Assembly: GCA_041752695.1 (NCBI GenBank)
Contig: JBGSVZ010000113.1
Span: forward strand, 32,001-96,000
Source: Terrimicrobiaceae bacterium
GTDB taxonomy: Bacteria > Verrucomicrobiota > Verrucomicrobiia > Chthoniobacterales > Terrimicrobiaceae
Direction: 5' to 3'
DNA: 64,000 bases
The number at the start of each line of letters is the position of its first letter. Position 1 is the first letter of the stretch. Both the position numbers and the translations under genes were made by a program. This document shows, one piece after another, positions 26,731 to 35,108 of the stretch. The notes beneath the pieces are model-generated. The model was not told where the DNA came from and did not search any database. It saw nothing but the letters and a program-made list of their open reading frames with translations.

Positions 26731-28116
26731 ATGAAAGCCAAAGAACTCCTTCTGCTGGGCGTGCCGCTCGGTGCGCCGATGGGCGAAGCCTTCAAATTCA
26801 TCTCCGCTTTTTGCCTGGCCGGCGGGACGAAAGAATCTCTCTCCGGCGAGATTGCCGCCATCGTGGCGAATCCGGCTTCTTTTCAGGCGGATACCCTGCG
26901 CGCCGCCCTCGCCGCATCGCTTCTGGCTCCAGACCTCTACCTTCCAGGCAAGCCACCCGCCCCCTGGCGGCAGTGGGGGACTGACATTGACGAACTTGCC
27001 ATCAAACAACTGGAAATGGCGAGCCTTCTCCCGATCTCCGTTGCCGCTGCGCTCATGCCCGACGCGCACGTGGGCTACGGGTTGCCCATCGGCGGCGTCC
27101 TGGCCACAGAGAATGCCGTCATTCCCTACGCGGTAGGTGTGGACATCGCCTGCCGAATGAAAATGACCGTGCTCGACCTTCCGGTTTCCTGGCTCGACGA
27201 GCACAAGGACAGGCTGACCGCCGCCTTGGAAACCGAAACCCGGTTCGGCGTGGGAGCCACGTTCAAAGATCGGCGCGACCACCCTGTCCTCGACGAGGAT
27301 TGGTCCGTCAGCCCGATCACCGCGAAGAACAAAGACCGGGCCCGGGCGCAACTCGGCACAAGCGGCAGCGGAAACCATTTTGTGGAATTCGGAGTCCTGA
27401 CCGTCACGAATGCCGAAGCCGGTCTCGAACCCGGCGAGCACCTGGCTCTCCTGTCCCATAGCGGAAGCCGGGGAACCGGAGCCGCCGTGTGCGATCACTA
27501 CAGCAAGCTGGCCATGTCCCTGCACCCCGAGCTGCCCCGCGAACTGTCCCGCCTCGCCTGGCTTCTTCTCGATTCTGAAGAAGGGCAGGAATACTGGAAC
27601 GCCATGAACCTGATGGGCCTCTACGCCGCAGCCAATCACGCGCTCATCCATAGGCAGATCGCCGCCAATCTCGGGGCCGAAGTTCGCCTTGATGTCGAAA
27701 ACCACCACAACTTCGCCTGGAAAGAATCCCACTTCGGAAAAGACGTCATCGTCCATCGCAAAGGAGCGACTCCCGCAGGATCCGGAGTTTTGGGTATCAT
27801 TCCCGGTTCCATGGCCACGCCTGGCTTTCTGGTTCGGGGGCGGGGGAATACCGACTCGTTGCACTCGGCCTCCCACGGGGCCGGCCGCGCCATGAGCCGC
27901 ACACGGGCGAATGAGACGCTTTCCTGGCAGGACGCCAACGCCTTCCTCCGCGATCGTGGGGTCACTCTTCTCTCCTCAGGCCTGGACGAAGTTCCTGCCT
28001 GCTATAAAGACATCGAGACCGTCATGGCCGCCCAAACCGACCTCGTCGAAGTCCTCGCCCGCTTCGATCCGAAATTGGTCAAAATGTGCCCCAGCGGCGA
28101 ACGTCCCGAGGATTGA
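26731..28116 (+). CDS. rtcB: RtcB family RNA ligase
   Basis: 'MPDAHVGYGLPIGG', 'VGVDIAC', 'GTSGSGNHF', 'SHSGSRG', 'NHHN', 'VHRKGAT', 'PGSM', 'SASHGAGR', 'DEVP..YK'. Confidence 0.95.
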   Translation: MKAKELLLLGVPLGAPMGEAFKFISAFCLAGGTKESLSGEIAAIVANPASFQADTLRAALAASLLAPDLYLPGKPPAPWRQWGTDIDELAIKQLEMASLLPISVAAALMPDAHVGYGLPIGGVLATENAVIPYAVGVDIACRMKMTVLDLPVSWLDEHKDRLTAALETETRFGVGATFKDRRDHPVLDEDWSVSPITAKNKDRARAQLGTSGSGNHFVEFGVLTVTNAEAGLEPGEHLALLSHSGSRGTGAAVCDHYSKLAMSLHPELPRELSRLAWLLLDSEEGQEYWNAMNLMGLYAAANHALIHRQIAANLGAEVRLDVENHHNFAWKESHFGKDVIVHRKGATPAGSGVLGIIPGSMATPGFLVRGRGNTDSLHSASHGAGRAMSRTRANETLSWQDANAFLRDRGVTLLSSGLDEVPACYKDIETVMAAQTDLVEVLARFDPKLVKMCPSGERPED

Positions 28117-28140
28117 ATCATGACTGGATTGCCAAGAAGC

Positions 28141-28171
28141 AAAAGAAACGCCCCGGTGCGGGCCGGGGCGT
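28141..28171 (-). terminator. GC-rich hairpin after rtcB, A-tract on its left
   Basis: AAAAGAA-ACGCCCCGG-TGCGGG-CCGGGGCGT; the U-tract falls on the minus strand. Confidence 0.5.
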
Positions 28172-28347
28172 CGGTCCGAAGATGCGATCTCCGGGGAAAA
28201 GCCAACAGGGCATTCATCACCACCGTATTGCGATGGGAGAGGAGTTGCGCCCGGACTGTAAGTTCAGATGTAAGTTGGCTCCGCCGATCCGATCAATCAC
28301 TTTCGCAGCTCTCCTTTGAAGGCATCACACTGATGCAAGAGGCTAGA

Positions 28348-28397
28348 TTGACATCGACACTCGCGCAAATCTGGCTCATTATGCATAACTATGAGCC
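28348..28397 (+). promoter_or_regulatory. Putative promoter/operator of the RHH gene
   Basis: TTGACA at 28348; inverted repeat GGCTCAT-N11-ATGAGCC overlapping the start codon, with an internal TTATGCATAA palindrome. Confidence 0.5.
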
Positions 28398-28603
28398 AAC
28401 GACCCCTCAGATCACGACAGCCCGTCACTGGCGGCGGTGAAGCGGAGCGGATTTCTCTGATGATTTCCGCTGCCGACCGGGCATCCCTGAACCGCATTGC
28501 CGACGAGAAACGCGTCAGTGTGGCGTGGGTTGTTCGGGACGCCGTGACCCGCTATCTCGCGCTGCCGGATAACCAGGATCGCTCCGAAAAAACACAGGGG
28601 TGA
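28391..28603 (+). CDS. Ribbon-helix-helix (CopG-like) regulator
   Basis: 'RISLMIS..DRASLNRIADEKRVSVAWVVRDAVTRYL'. Confidence 0.8.
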   Translation: MSQRPLRSRQPVTGGGEAERISLMISAADRASLNRIADEKRVSVAWVVRDAVTRYLALPDNQDRSEKTQG

Positions 28604-28703
28604 TCCCGTAGATGTCCCACCCAACGAGTTACGATGTCCTGCTGAACTAATCCTATTGGCAACTGAAGAAAGTCCGACCGAATTCGCGGGAAGTAAGATC
28701 CTG

Positions 28704-29549
28704 ATGACCATTTTGAATCCAGACACCACAGAAACCCCCAAGCCATCTGAGCAGATGCAGCTTCTGGCATCCGGCGCGCCACCGGATGCTTTGGAGACGC
28801 CGCGTATCCTCAGTCGGCCACAAAAGACTCTTCAAGATGTTCTTCTCAAAGAATCCCTTGCCGCGCTGACTCACGCGGAAGCCATCACTCAAATCGCCGA
28901 ACTCCGCGGGGCACTCGCGTCAGGGCTTCCACAAAACAGCGAGATCACTCGGCTCCGCTATGCCGACTCTCTGATCAAGTGGTTCTTCCGCGATGGCCTC
29001 AATGGGTTCGCGCTCACCGCGTGGCGTGCCTACCGCGATTTCTCCATCCAGTCGGTGATCCACCGTTACCTGTATCTCTCGGCCGAGCCGATCATGGCCG
29101 CGAGCGTTTCGGTTGTTATGCCTCGCCTTCAAGAGGGGATCGTCGCTCCATCGCAATACCTGATCTCAAACACGGAGAAGGTTATTGGTCACGGATTGGT
29201 CTCACTGAGCCAGAAGCGCCTGCTCGCCAATCTCCGAAAACTCGGATTCTTGGAGAAGACGTCGACCGGCGACCGCGTTGCTGTTCCTTCATTCAACCCG
29301 ACCGCCGCGCTCCTTTGCCTGCACCACGCTTTCACGGTCGAGGCGGCCAAGACGATCGAAATCCCACAAATCGAAGCGAATCCATTCTGGTATTTCACGG
29401 GATTGCGCAATGCCGACCAGCTCCGGGACTTTCTTCGAGCTGCGGACCATGCCGGGTTAATCGGGAAATACGTCGTTGCCGATCGACTTGAGCAGATCAC
29501 GACGAGTTACGGATGGCGGGAATTGATCGAAAGGAGGGCCAGCTTGTGA
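28704..29549 (+). CDS. Hypothetical protein, possibly BrxA-like (start uncertain)
   Basis: 'LPQNSEITRLRYA' helical protein, first of three coupled genes ending in a P-loop ATPase. Confidence 0.5.
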   Translation: MTILNPDTTETPKPSEQMQLLASGAPPDALETPRILSRPQKTLQDVLLKESLAALTHAEAITQIAELRGALASGLPQNSEITRLRYADSLIKWFFRDGLNGFALTAWRAYRDFSIQSVIHRYLYLSAEPIMAASVSVVMPRLQEGIVAPSQYLISNTEKVIGHGLVSLSQKRLLANLRKLGFLEKTSTGDRVAVPSFNPTAALLCLHHAFTVEAAKTIEIPQIEANPFWYFTGLRNADQLRDFLRAADHAGLIGKYVVADRLEQITTSYGWRELIERRASL

Positions 29550-30007
29550 AGACATCATCCGAACTCCGCTCCCTCGCCGAGCGACGAGCATGGGACAAAG
29601 AAATCGTCGTCTGGCTTGGTTCGATGGATTCGCTCCTGTCGGCCATTCCGGCAGGATCTGTTGACACAAAGCAACTGGACCTCCTTGATCTGGTATCCGA
29701 CGAGGATTTCCCCGACGAGGAAGCCCGTTCACAGTTCCGACGTGCCCTTGATTCTCAATTGAAATCGCTCAAGCCACTGCCGGGAGAGCGACGCATTCTC
29801 ATCGTCACCTCCACATCATTGCTGGCTCACTTCAACACGGGCCTCGCTGGATTCTTCGATTGGTTCTGCACGGATCGAAGCATGGTCATCCTGCATCTGG
29901 ATGGCAGACCGGAGAAGCTATCGCTTCCGGCAGAGTTCGAGTTCCGTGCGGACGCACTTCTCGACTACCTCGTTCAACCCGACCACGCCAAAGCAATCTA
30001 CGCCTGA
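29546..30007 (+). CDS. Hypothetical protein, possibly BrxB/BrxF-like
   Basis: GTG start overlapping upstream TGA, AAGGAGG RBS; about 153 aa alpha/beta pattern. Confidence 0.5.
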   Translation: MKTSSELRSLAERRAWDKEIVVWLGSMDSLLSAIPAGSVDTKQLDLLDLVSDEDFPDEEARSQFRRALDSQLKSLKPLPGERRILIVTSTSLLAHFNTGLAGFFDWFCTDRSMVILHLDGRPEKLSLPAEFEFRADALLDYLVQPDHAKAIYA

Positions 30008-30012
30008 TCCTT

Positions 30013-30391
30013 ATGTCCAAACTCCCGGCTCTCAGCAAAATTCTGTCGCTCAAGCCAGAGCCGCAGACCACACCCACACTCAATCAGATTATCCAGCAGT
30101 CCGAGGCGCGGCAGACGGTATCCGATTACCTGTTCACGCCATCGCTTCGGGTTCACGCCAAGAAAATCTTCGAGTGCGTCGTCCACAGCAAGGGACAGGG
30201 ATTCTGGGTTCAAGCGGAATACGGTGCGGGCAAGACATCGCTTCTGGGCACGATCCTCTGTCTGCTCATGTGGGGGAAGGATGACGGCGTTTGGGATGCT
30301 CTGCAGGATAAGGATCTTCGTGACGAATACCAACATGCCGTCGAGAAGCGGAAACTTTTCCCCATCGCGTTCTCGATGAAGGGACTCGGTG
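30013..30391 (+). pseudogene. Truncated P-loop ATPase (BrxC/PglY-like N-terminus)
   Basis: 'YLFTP', Walker A-like 'GFWVQAEYGAGKT'; protein-like sequence ends after about 126 codons, no Walker B. Confidence 0.65.
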
Positions 30392-30565
30392 ATGAAACAG
30401 CAAGAAGACGGAGCACGCCTTCTTCAGGCTCTCGAAGCATTGATTTCTACGGACGAAAATCCGACGACGAGCGCAATTGGGCGCGCCATGGGCTGCTCGC
30501 GACGCGAGGTCGAAAAGATCGTCCGGGATGTTCGCAGTCGGGCACGGATGCGTTTTTTACAATAA
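30392..30565 (+). pseudogene. HTH-like fragment (sigma region 4-like)
   Basis: Manual translation MKQQEDGARLLQALEALISTDENPTTSAIGRAMGCSRREVEKIVRDVRSRARMRFLQ*. Confidence 0.45.
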
Positions 30566-30737
30566 AGGCCGTTTTGCATCGTTGCAGGAGGTCGATATCA
30601 CATTCCGCAAGACGAGTATCAGGGAGATGAAGCACGAATCCGCGTCCTCGACTTCCGGTCTCACCTTGCATCCGGTGAGCGCGAAATGTCCATACGTTCG
30701 CGTTCAGACCGGCGTCCCCATCCTTGCCTGGTCAGAT

Positions 30738-31079
30738 TCAAGAAAGCGTTGGTTCCCCGTTGGCCGTCGACGTTGCTGCCTTGCGGGAGGAATTCCGTTC
30801 ACGCCATTCTCCCTGAATCGCTTGGGTGGCCTTACTCAGCCAGTCCCGGTCTTCGGCCAATCGAAACAGTTCCCGTGTTGCGAACCACTTGGATGCCTTC
30901 AAAGCCGGCTTACCCAATGGCTTCAGGAAATTCTTCGAAACCAATACACCGATTTCGACGTCGGTCATGCCGAGCACGACTCCGGCTCCCATTGTATTCG
31001 TTCGCGCGGGAGGACGCTCGGAAAGCAAAAGCAGCTTCGTGAGCAACTCTGCTTCCTCCTGTTTCGACAACGCTTTCAT
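30738..31079 (-). CDS. Small DNA-binding protein, putative excisionase / recombination directionality factor
   Basis: 'PARTNTMGAGVVLGM...EIGVLVSKNFLKPLG.P....KWFATREL', winged-HTH-like; adjacent to right att remnant. Confidence 0.55.
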   Translation of the reverse strand: MKALSKQEEAELLTKLLLLSERPPARTNTMGAGVVLGMTDVEIGVLVSKNFLKPLGKPALKASKWFATRELFRLAEDRDWLSKATQAIQGEWRERNSSRKAATSTANGEPTLS

Positions 31080-31270
31080 GATTCTACCTGGTTATACCAG
31101 CGGCCCGGCGAACTGGGACGGACTTTTTTCAACGCATTTGAAAAATTCGCCGGAAACGCGGACACCAACTGTCAGTAAAGGTGTCAGTGGCAGCGAAACC
31201 TCATAGGTCTTGCATACGTATCATTTCTTCCGTAATTTCTCTTAATTAACTGCTTATGAACCACTTACAA

Positions 31271-31292
31271 GTTCGATTCCGTCCCCCGCCTC
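31271..31292 (+). pseudogene. 3' fragment of a tRNA (Cys-like); att-site remnant
   Basis: GTTCGATT-CCGTC-CCCCGCC-T-C gives T-loop, T-stem 3' strand, 7-nt acceptor strand and U discriminator. Confidence 0.6.
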
Positions 31293-31427
31293 TCCTTCGG
31301 TCCGGCAGTGGCCTCCATCGAAGATTGCCTCGCTCGCTCCCGCGAGTCTCGCCCTTTGGGCTGCGCTGCGCGCAGGCTCCCCCGAGCCTTCCCTAGGCTC
31401 AGGTGGTCCGTCCCCCGCCTCCCCTTC
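31278..31427. repeat. Direct repeat TCCGTCCCCCGCCTC(n)CCTTC bracketing a GC-rich hairpin element
   Basis: Copies start at 31278 and 31407; interior has GAGCCT-TCCCT-AGGCTC hairpin. Confidence 0.7.
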
Positions 31428-31477
31428 CAACCGCAGGTGCGGTCAGGTTTTCCGTGCGAGGGCCTGCTGGAGATGGG

Positions 31478-32311
31478 CTACTCTTTTTTCGAACCCTTGG
31501 TGGCCTGCCAGGGCGTGTCCGACTCGTTCATTTTCAGCGAGTTCATGACGACAAATAGAACGGCGTCGAGCATTTCGGAATTGGTCCGAAACACATCAGT
31601 GACTCCAGCGGGCACTTCCCAGGTCGCCGGCACGAGGGAGGGGCCGAAACGTAAGTCGGTGATGTCCACCGTCGCGGTAAAGTCAGGCTGGGTGATGACA
31701 AATCGTTTGGGCACGTAACCCGCTCCGACCCACATCTGGGCGCGGAATCCCGCGGCTTTGGCGGCTTTCGCCACCTCCGGCATGAGGGCCGCTGAGATCA
31801 CCCGGCATTCTTCGCCATTGAGGTCGGCCATTTCCGCCTGATCGGCTTTGAGAATGGTGAAGATGGCCGGCAAAAAGATCGCCTGCTGAGCCGTAACAGG
31901 CAGGTAGAGCGGCGTCTTGGACTTCCGGGTGGGTGGTGGTTTGGCGTCAAATTTGCTGAGCAGAAACTCCACCTTGGCACCCGGTGTGGCCCAGACGGCG
32001 TCGCCATTGCGGCAGACGGTGATCACTTCGCCCATCACAGGGGCCTGAAGCTTCACCTTGTCGGGAAACTCCACAGCGGCCTTGAGCGTGGCGCCTTCCA
32101 TGGTTTTCGGCAGGCGGCCCGTCACTTCCGTCATGACGATGGTCATCGTGCAGGCCTGGTTCGGGCTTTTTGTCGCCGCCAGGAGGACACTCCAGAACGG
32201 GGCAAAAACCTTGCCGATCACGTCATAGGGATTGTCACGCGGTGCCCCGTCCTGGGCTCTCGCGAGGGGCGCTGCCAGCAGCAGGGCGGGAACAAGCAAA
32301 TAGCGAATCAT
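31478..32311 (-). CDS. Exported hypothetical protein (possibly LolA-like fold)
   Basis: Start reset to MIRYLLVPALLLAAPLARA (signal peptide); beta-rich. Confidence 0.65.
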   Translation of the reverse strand: MIRYLLVPALLLAAPLARAQDGAPRDNPYDVIGKVFAPFWSVLLAATKSPNQACTMTIVMTEVTGRLPKTMEGATLKAAVEFPDKVKLQAPVMGEVITVCRNGDAVWATPGAKVEFLLSKFDAKPPPTRKSKTPLYLPVTAQQAIFLPAIFTILKADQAEMADLNGEECRVISAALMPEVAKAAKAAGFRAQMWVGAGYVPKRFVITQPDFTATVDITDLRFGPSLVPATWEVPAGVTDVFRTNSEMLDAVLFVVMNSLKMNESDTPWQATKGSKKE

Positions 32312-32448
32312 GCCCGCACAGATAGACGGGAACGCGGGCGGGGGCAACGGCTTTGGAGGAAAAAAGGCGGGCGGGCGGCAGGAACGCGCAAGACGGCGGA
32401 ATTTTTTTCTCCCGGTTTCGCCCGGTTCTTGTTTAGGTGGCACGGGAA

Positions 32449-33204
32449 ATGATGGGCCTTTCGTTCATACTGGCCTCGGGGCTCTATTTTGCCTTCGAGA
32501 ATTCGACCTTCGAAGGGAAGGCTGTCTTGCTGGGCCTTTTCCTCGCCTCGATCTTCAGTTGGTCCGTGATGGTGACGAAATTCCGCATGCTGAACTTCGC
32601 CAAACGCCAGTCGGAACGTTTCTCCGCCCTCTTTCACCGCGACCGCATGCCCCTGCGCATCTTTGAACAGGAACTGCGCTTCGAGGGGTCGCCGCAGTAT
32701 GAAATCTACGAAGCCGGCTGTGAGGAGCTTTGCTTTCAGCTGCTCGGATCGACCGAAATTGACGAAACCTATCGCGCCCGACTGGAAAGTGCCGACAAAA
32801 TTACGCCCGCGCAAATGCGTGCCGTGCAGGCCGCGATGGAACGCGCGGTGGGCGAAGCCGGGCTCAAGCTCGAGTCGCAGATGATCATTCTCTCCACCGC
32901 GGTGAGCGGCGCGCCCTTTCTCGGGCTGCTGGGCACGGTGTGGGGCGTGATGGATGCTTTCAGCGGGGTGGCCCAATCGGGCAGCGCCAACCTCGCGGCA
33001 ATGGCTCCCGGCGTTTCCGGTGCCCTGATCACCACCGTCGTGGGCCTCCTCGTCGCCATTCCCGCCATGTTCGGCTACAACTTTCTCGTCACGAGCGTGC
33101 GGTCCATGATTGTGCAGGCGGAAAACTTCGCCGCAGAACTGGCCTCGGAAATCGAACACCGTTTCGTCGAGCACGGCTCTCGCGATTCCCGAAAGGCGTT
33201 TTGA
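32449..33204 (+). CDS. MotA/TolQ/ExbB proton channel protein
   Basis: 'APFLGLLGTVWGVM', 'APGVSGALITTVVGLLVAIPA'. Confidence 0.92.
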   Translation: MMGLSFILASGLYFAFENSTFEGKAVLLGLFLASIFSWSVMVTKFRMLNFAKRQSERFSALFHRDRMPLRIFEQELRFEGSPQYEIYEAGCEELCFQLLGSTEIDETYRARLESADKITPAQMRAVQAAMERAVGEAGLKLESQMIILSTAVSGAPFLGLLGTVWGVMDAFSGVAQSGSANLAAMAPGVSGALITTVVGLLVAIPAMFGYNFLVTSVRSMIVQAENFAAELASEIEHRFVEHGSRDSRKAF

Positions 33205-33207
33205 CCC

Positions 33208-33627
33208 ATGCGCCGGTTTAGCAGTCGGAACGCCCTCCAGACGGTCACGGAGTTAAACATCACTCCGTTGCTCGATTTGTGTTTTGTCCTCCTGATAATT
33301 TTTATGATCACGACGCCCATGATGGAAAACAGCGTCGACCTGGTGGTTCCTTCCAGCGCCACAGCCAACACCCAAGTCAAACCTTCCGAGGTGCAGATGA
33401 TTGAGATGGATCGCAACGATGTGATCAAACTCAACGACCAGATCACATCCCTCGCCGAACTCGAACCCCAACTCGCCGCCCTGAAAGACGCCGACCCGCA
33501 GGTTTCCGTGATCGTCCGGCCCGACCGCGACCTCGCCATTCAAAAATTTGTCACCGTGATGGATGTCCTCAAACGCGTGGGGATCGGACGGGTGGGTGTG
33601 ATGACCCGGCCGGAGGAGCAGAAATGA
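33208..33627 (+). CDS. ExbD/TolR family protein
   Basis: 'ELNITPLLDLCFVLLIIFMIT'. Confidence 0.92.
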   Translation: MRRFSSRNALQTVTELNITPLLDLCFVLLIIFMITTPMMENSVDLVVPSSATANTQVKPSEVQMIEMDRNDVIKLNDQITSLAELEPQLAALKDADPQVSVIVRPDRDLAIQKFVTVMDVLKRVGIGRVGVMTRPEEQK

Positions 33628-33657
33628 TGCCGGGCACCGGCCATTTTCCCTCCTGAG

Positions 33658-34611
33658 ATGGACCGCTGGCGTTTCCGGCGAAACCTGATCGTTGTCGCCC
33701 TTTTTCACATTCTGATCCTCGGGGCGATCCTCTATTACGCGCGACGCGAGGTCGTCAACCCCGTCGGCGGCAATGTCGTCTGGATGGACCCCGGGGCCTT
33801 CACCGCCGCGGCGGCCGAGTTGGATCCCGGGGATCCGGAACCAGCGCAAACCCCCGAGCCCACTCCAGAACCGACTCCTCCCCCCACCCCCGAGCCCACT
33901 CCGCCGCCAACACCGGAACCGCCCCCACCGACCCCAGAGCCCGTTCCCGTTGAGGAGACCATCCCGTTAAATACACCGACGCCAACACCGACGCCCACTC
34001 CCAAACCGACGGCCACGCCCACTCCCAAACCCAGCGCGACTCCGAAACCCACCCCCAAGCCGACGCCGAAACCCACGCCAAAACCTTCCCCCAAACCGTC
34101 GCCCAAGCCCTCCCCCAAGGCCAGCCCTAACCCAAGTCCCAAAGCGTCCCCCAAGGCGTCGCCCAAACCCTCCGCCTCGCCAAAGTCATCGCCTGGCGCA
34201 GCCAAGGCTTCGGGATCGCCGGCCCCCAACGCGAAGACGGGAACGTCGAACTCCAGCGGCAGCGGCGAGGCCAAGTCGGGTGACGGCGCTGCCTCGAAAG
34301 CCGGGGGTCCCGGCGGAGGCGGCTCGCAATTCGGGTGGTACCACGACCTCATCCACGATCGTTTTTACAGCCAGTGGGAACAGCCGAAATCCATCTTCGA
34401 CAGCTCCAAGGCCTTTGTCGCAACCCTGCAGATCCGGATTGAGAAGAATGGGAAAATTTCCGAAGTGAAGATTCTGAAATCGAGCGGCAATGTAGTGATG
34501 GACGAGTCCGTGCTCGAAGCAGCCAAGCGGGTTCTCCAGATCGACCCGCTGCCCCCAGGGCTTGGGGGCGGAAGTTCCTACACTGTAAACATCAATTTCG
34601 AGCTGGAGTAA
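33658..34611 (+). CDS. TonB/TolA-like energy transducer
   Basis: N-terminal TM with His, long PTP/PKP/SPK linker, C-terminal 'IEKNGKI...[11 protein letters not shown]'. Confidence 0.88.
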   Translation: MDRWRFRRNLIVVALFHILILGAILYYARREVVNPVGGNVVWMDPGAFTAAAAELDPGDPEPAQTPEPTPEPTPPPTPEPTPPPTPEPPPPTPEPVPVEETIPLNTPTPTPTPTPKPTATPTPKPSATPKPTPKPTPKPTPKPSPKPSPKPSPKASPNPSPKASPKASPKPSASPKSSPGAAKASGSPAPNAKTGTSNSSGSGEAKSGDGAASKAGGPGGGGSQFGWYHDLIHDRFYSQWEQPKSIFDSSKAFVATLQIRIEKNGKISEVKILKSSGNVVMDESVLEAAKRVLQIDPLPPGLGGGSSYTVNINFELE

Positions 34612-34673
34612 GTTTTTGCCATTTAAGCGTTTGCGAAATTTCCAGATCTCCGCATATTTCCCCACCAAATAAA

Positions 34674-35102
34674 ATGGCGGAAGGAAGCAGCTTAAATCAG
34701 ACCAACAAATTCAGAGCGGTCAAGGAAGTCTCGGTCATGGTCTGGGTGGAAAACCAGTTTGGCCACGTTCTCCTGCTCAAGCAGCTTCGCGGCAACAAAC
34801 TCTGGACCCTGCCCGGCGGCAAGGTTCGCCCCCGTGAGTCCCTGCTGGATGCGCTGCATCGCGAGGTGATGGAAGAGACCGGCCTAAAGATTGAGTCGAT
34901 CATCTTTTGCCACTATTTCGACCGCGCGGAAAAAGGGGTCATCACCTTCCTCTATCGCGCCCGGATCAAGGGCCGCAACGACACCGTTTTTCCCAAGGCG
35001 AACGAGATCGAAACCGCCCGGTACAGCGCCTCGTTGCCCCGCGACGCGACCCCTTCGTTGAATTATTTCTGGAAACGCATTCAGAACGATCGCAAGGGGT
35101 AG
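34674..35102 (+). CDS. NUDIX hydrolase
   Basis: Nudix box 'GGKVRPRESLLDALHREVMEETGL'. Confidence 0.9.
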   Translation: MAEGSSLNQTNKFRAVKEVSVMVWVENQFGHVLLLKQLRGNKLWTLPGGKVRPRESLLDALHREVMEETGLKIESIIFCHYFDRAEKGVITFLYRARIKGRNDTVFPKANEIETARYSASLPRDATPSLNYFWKRIQNDRKG

Positions 35103-35108
35103 CTTCCC

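Larger units (their letters stand above)
9783..31292. mobile_element. Mosaic, partly deleted integrative genomic island
   Basis: tRNA-Met 3' fragment + integrase at left; excisionase-like gene + different tRNA 3' fragment at right; phage/ICE-type and defence cargo; housekeeping genes resume to the right. Confidence 0.75.

Noticed and set aside
28120..28440. 106-aa ORF after rtcB
   Set aside because: Spans a terminator-like hairpin and the RHH promoter; no recognisable motif
30392..30630. C-terminal part of the 29860..30630 ORF as genuine ATPase sequence
   Set aside because: Arg/Ser-rich and motif-free after about 30391; better explained as read-through past a deletion junction
33840..34200. 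Short tandem-like repeats (possible array)
   Set aside because: They encode the ordinary Pro-rich linker of the TonB/TolA-like protein; no constant repeat-spacer structure
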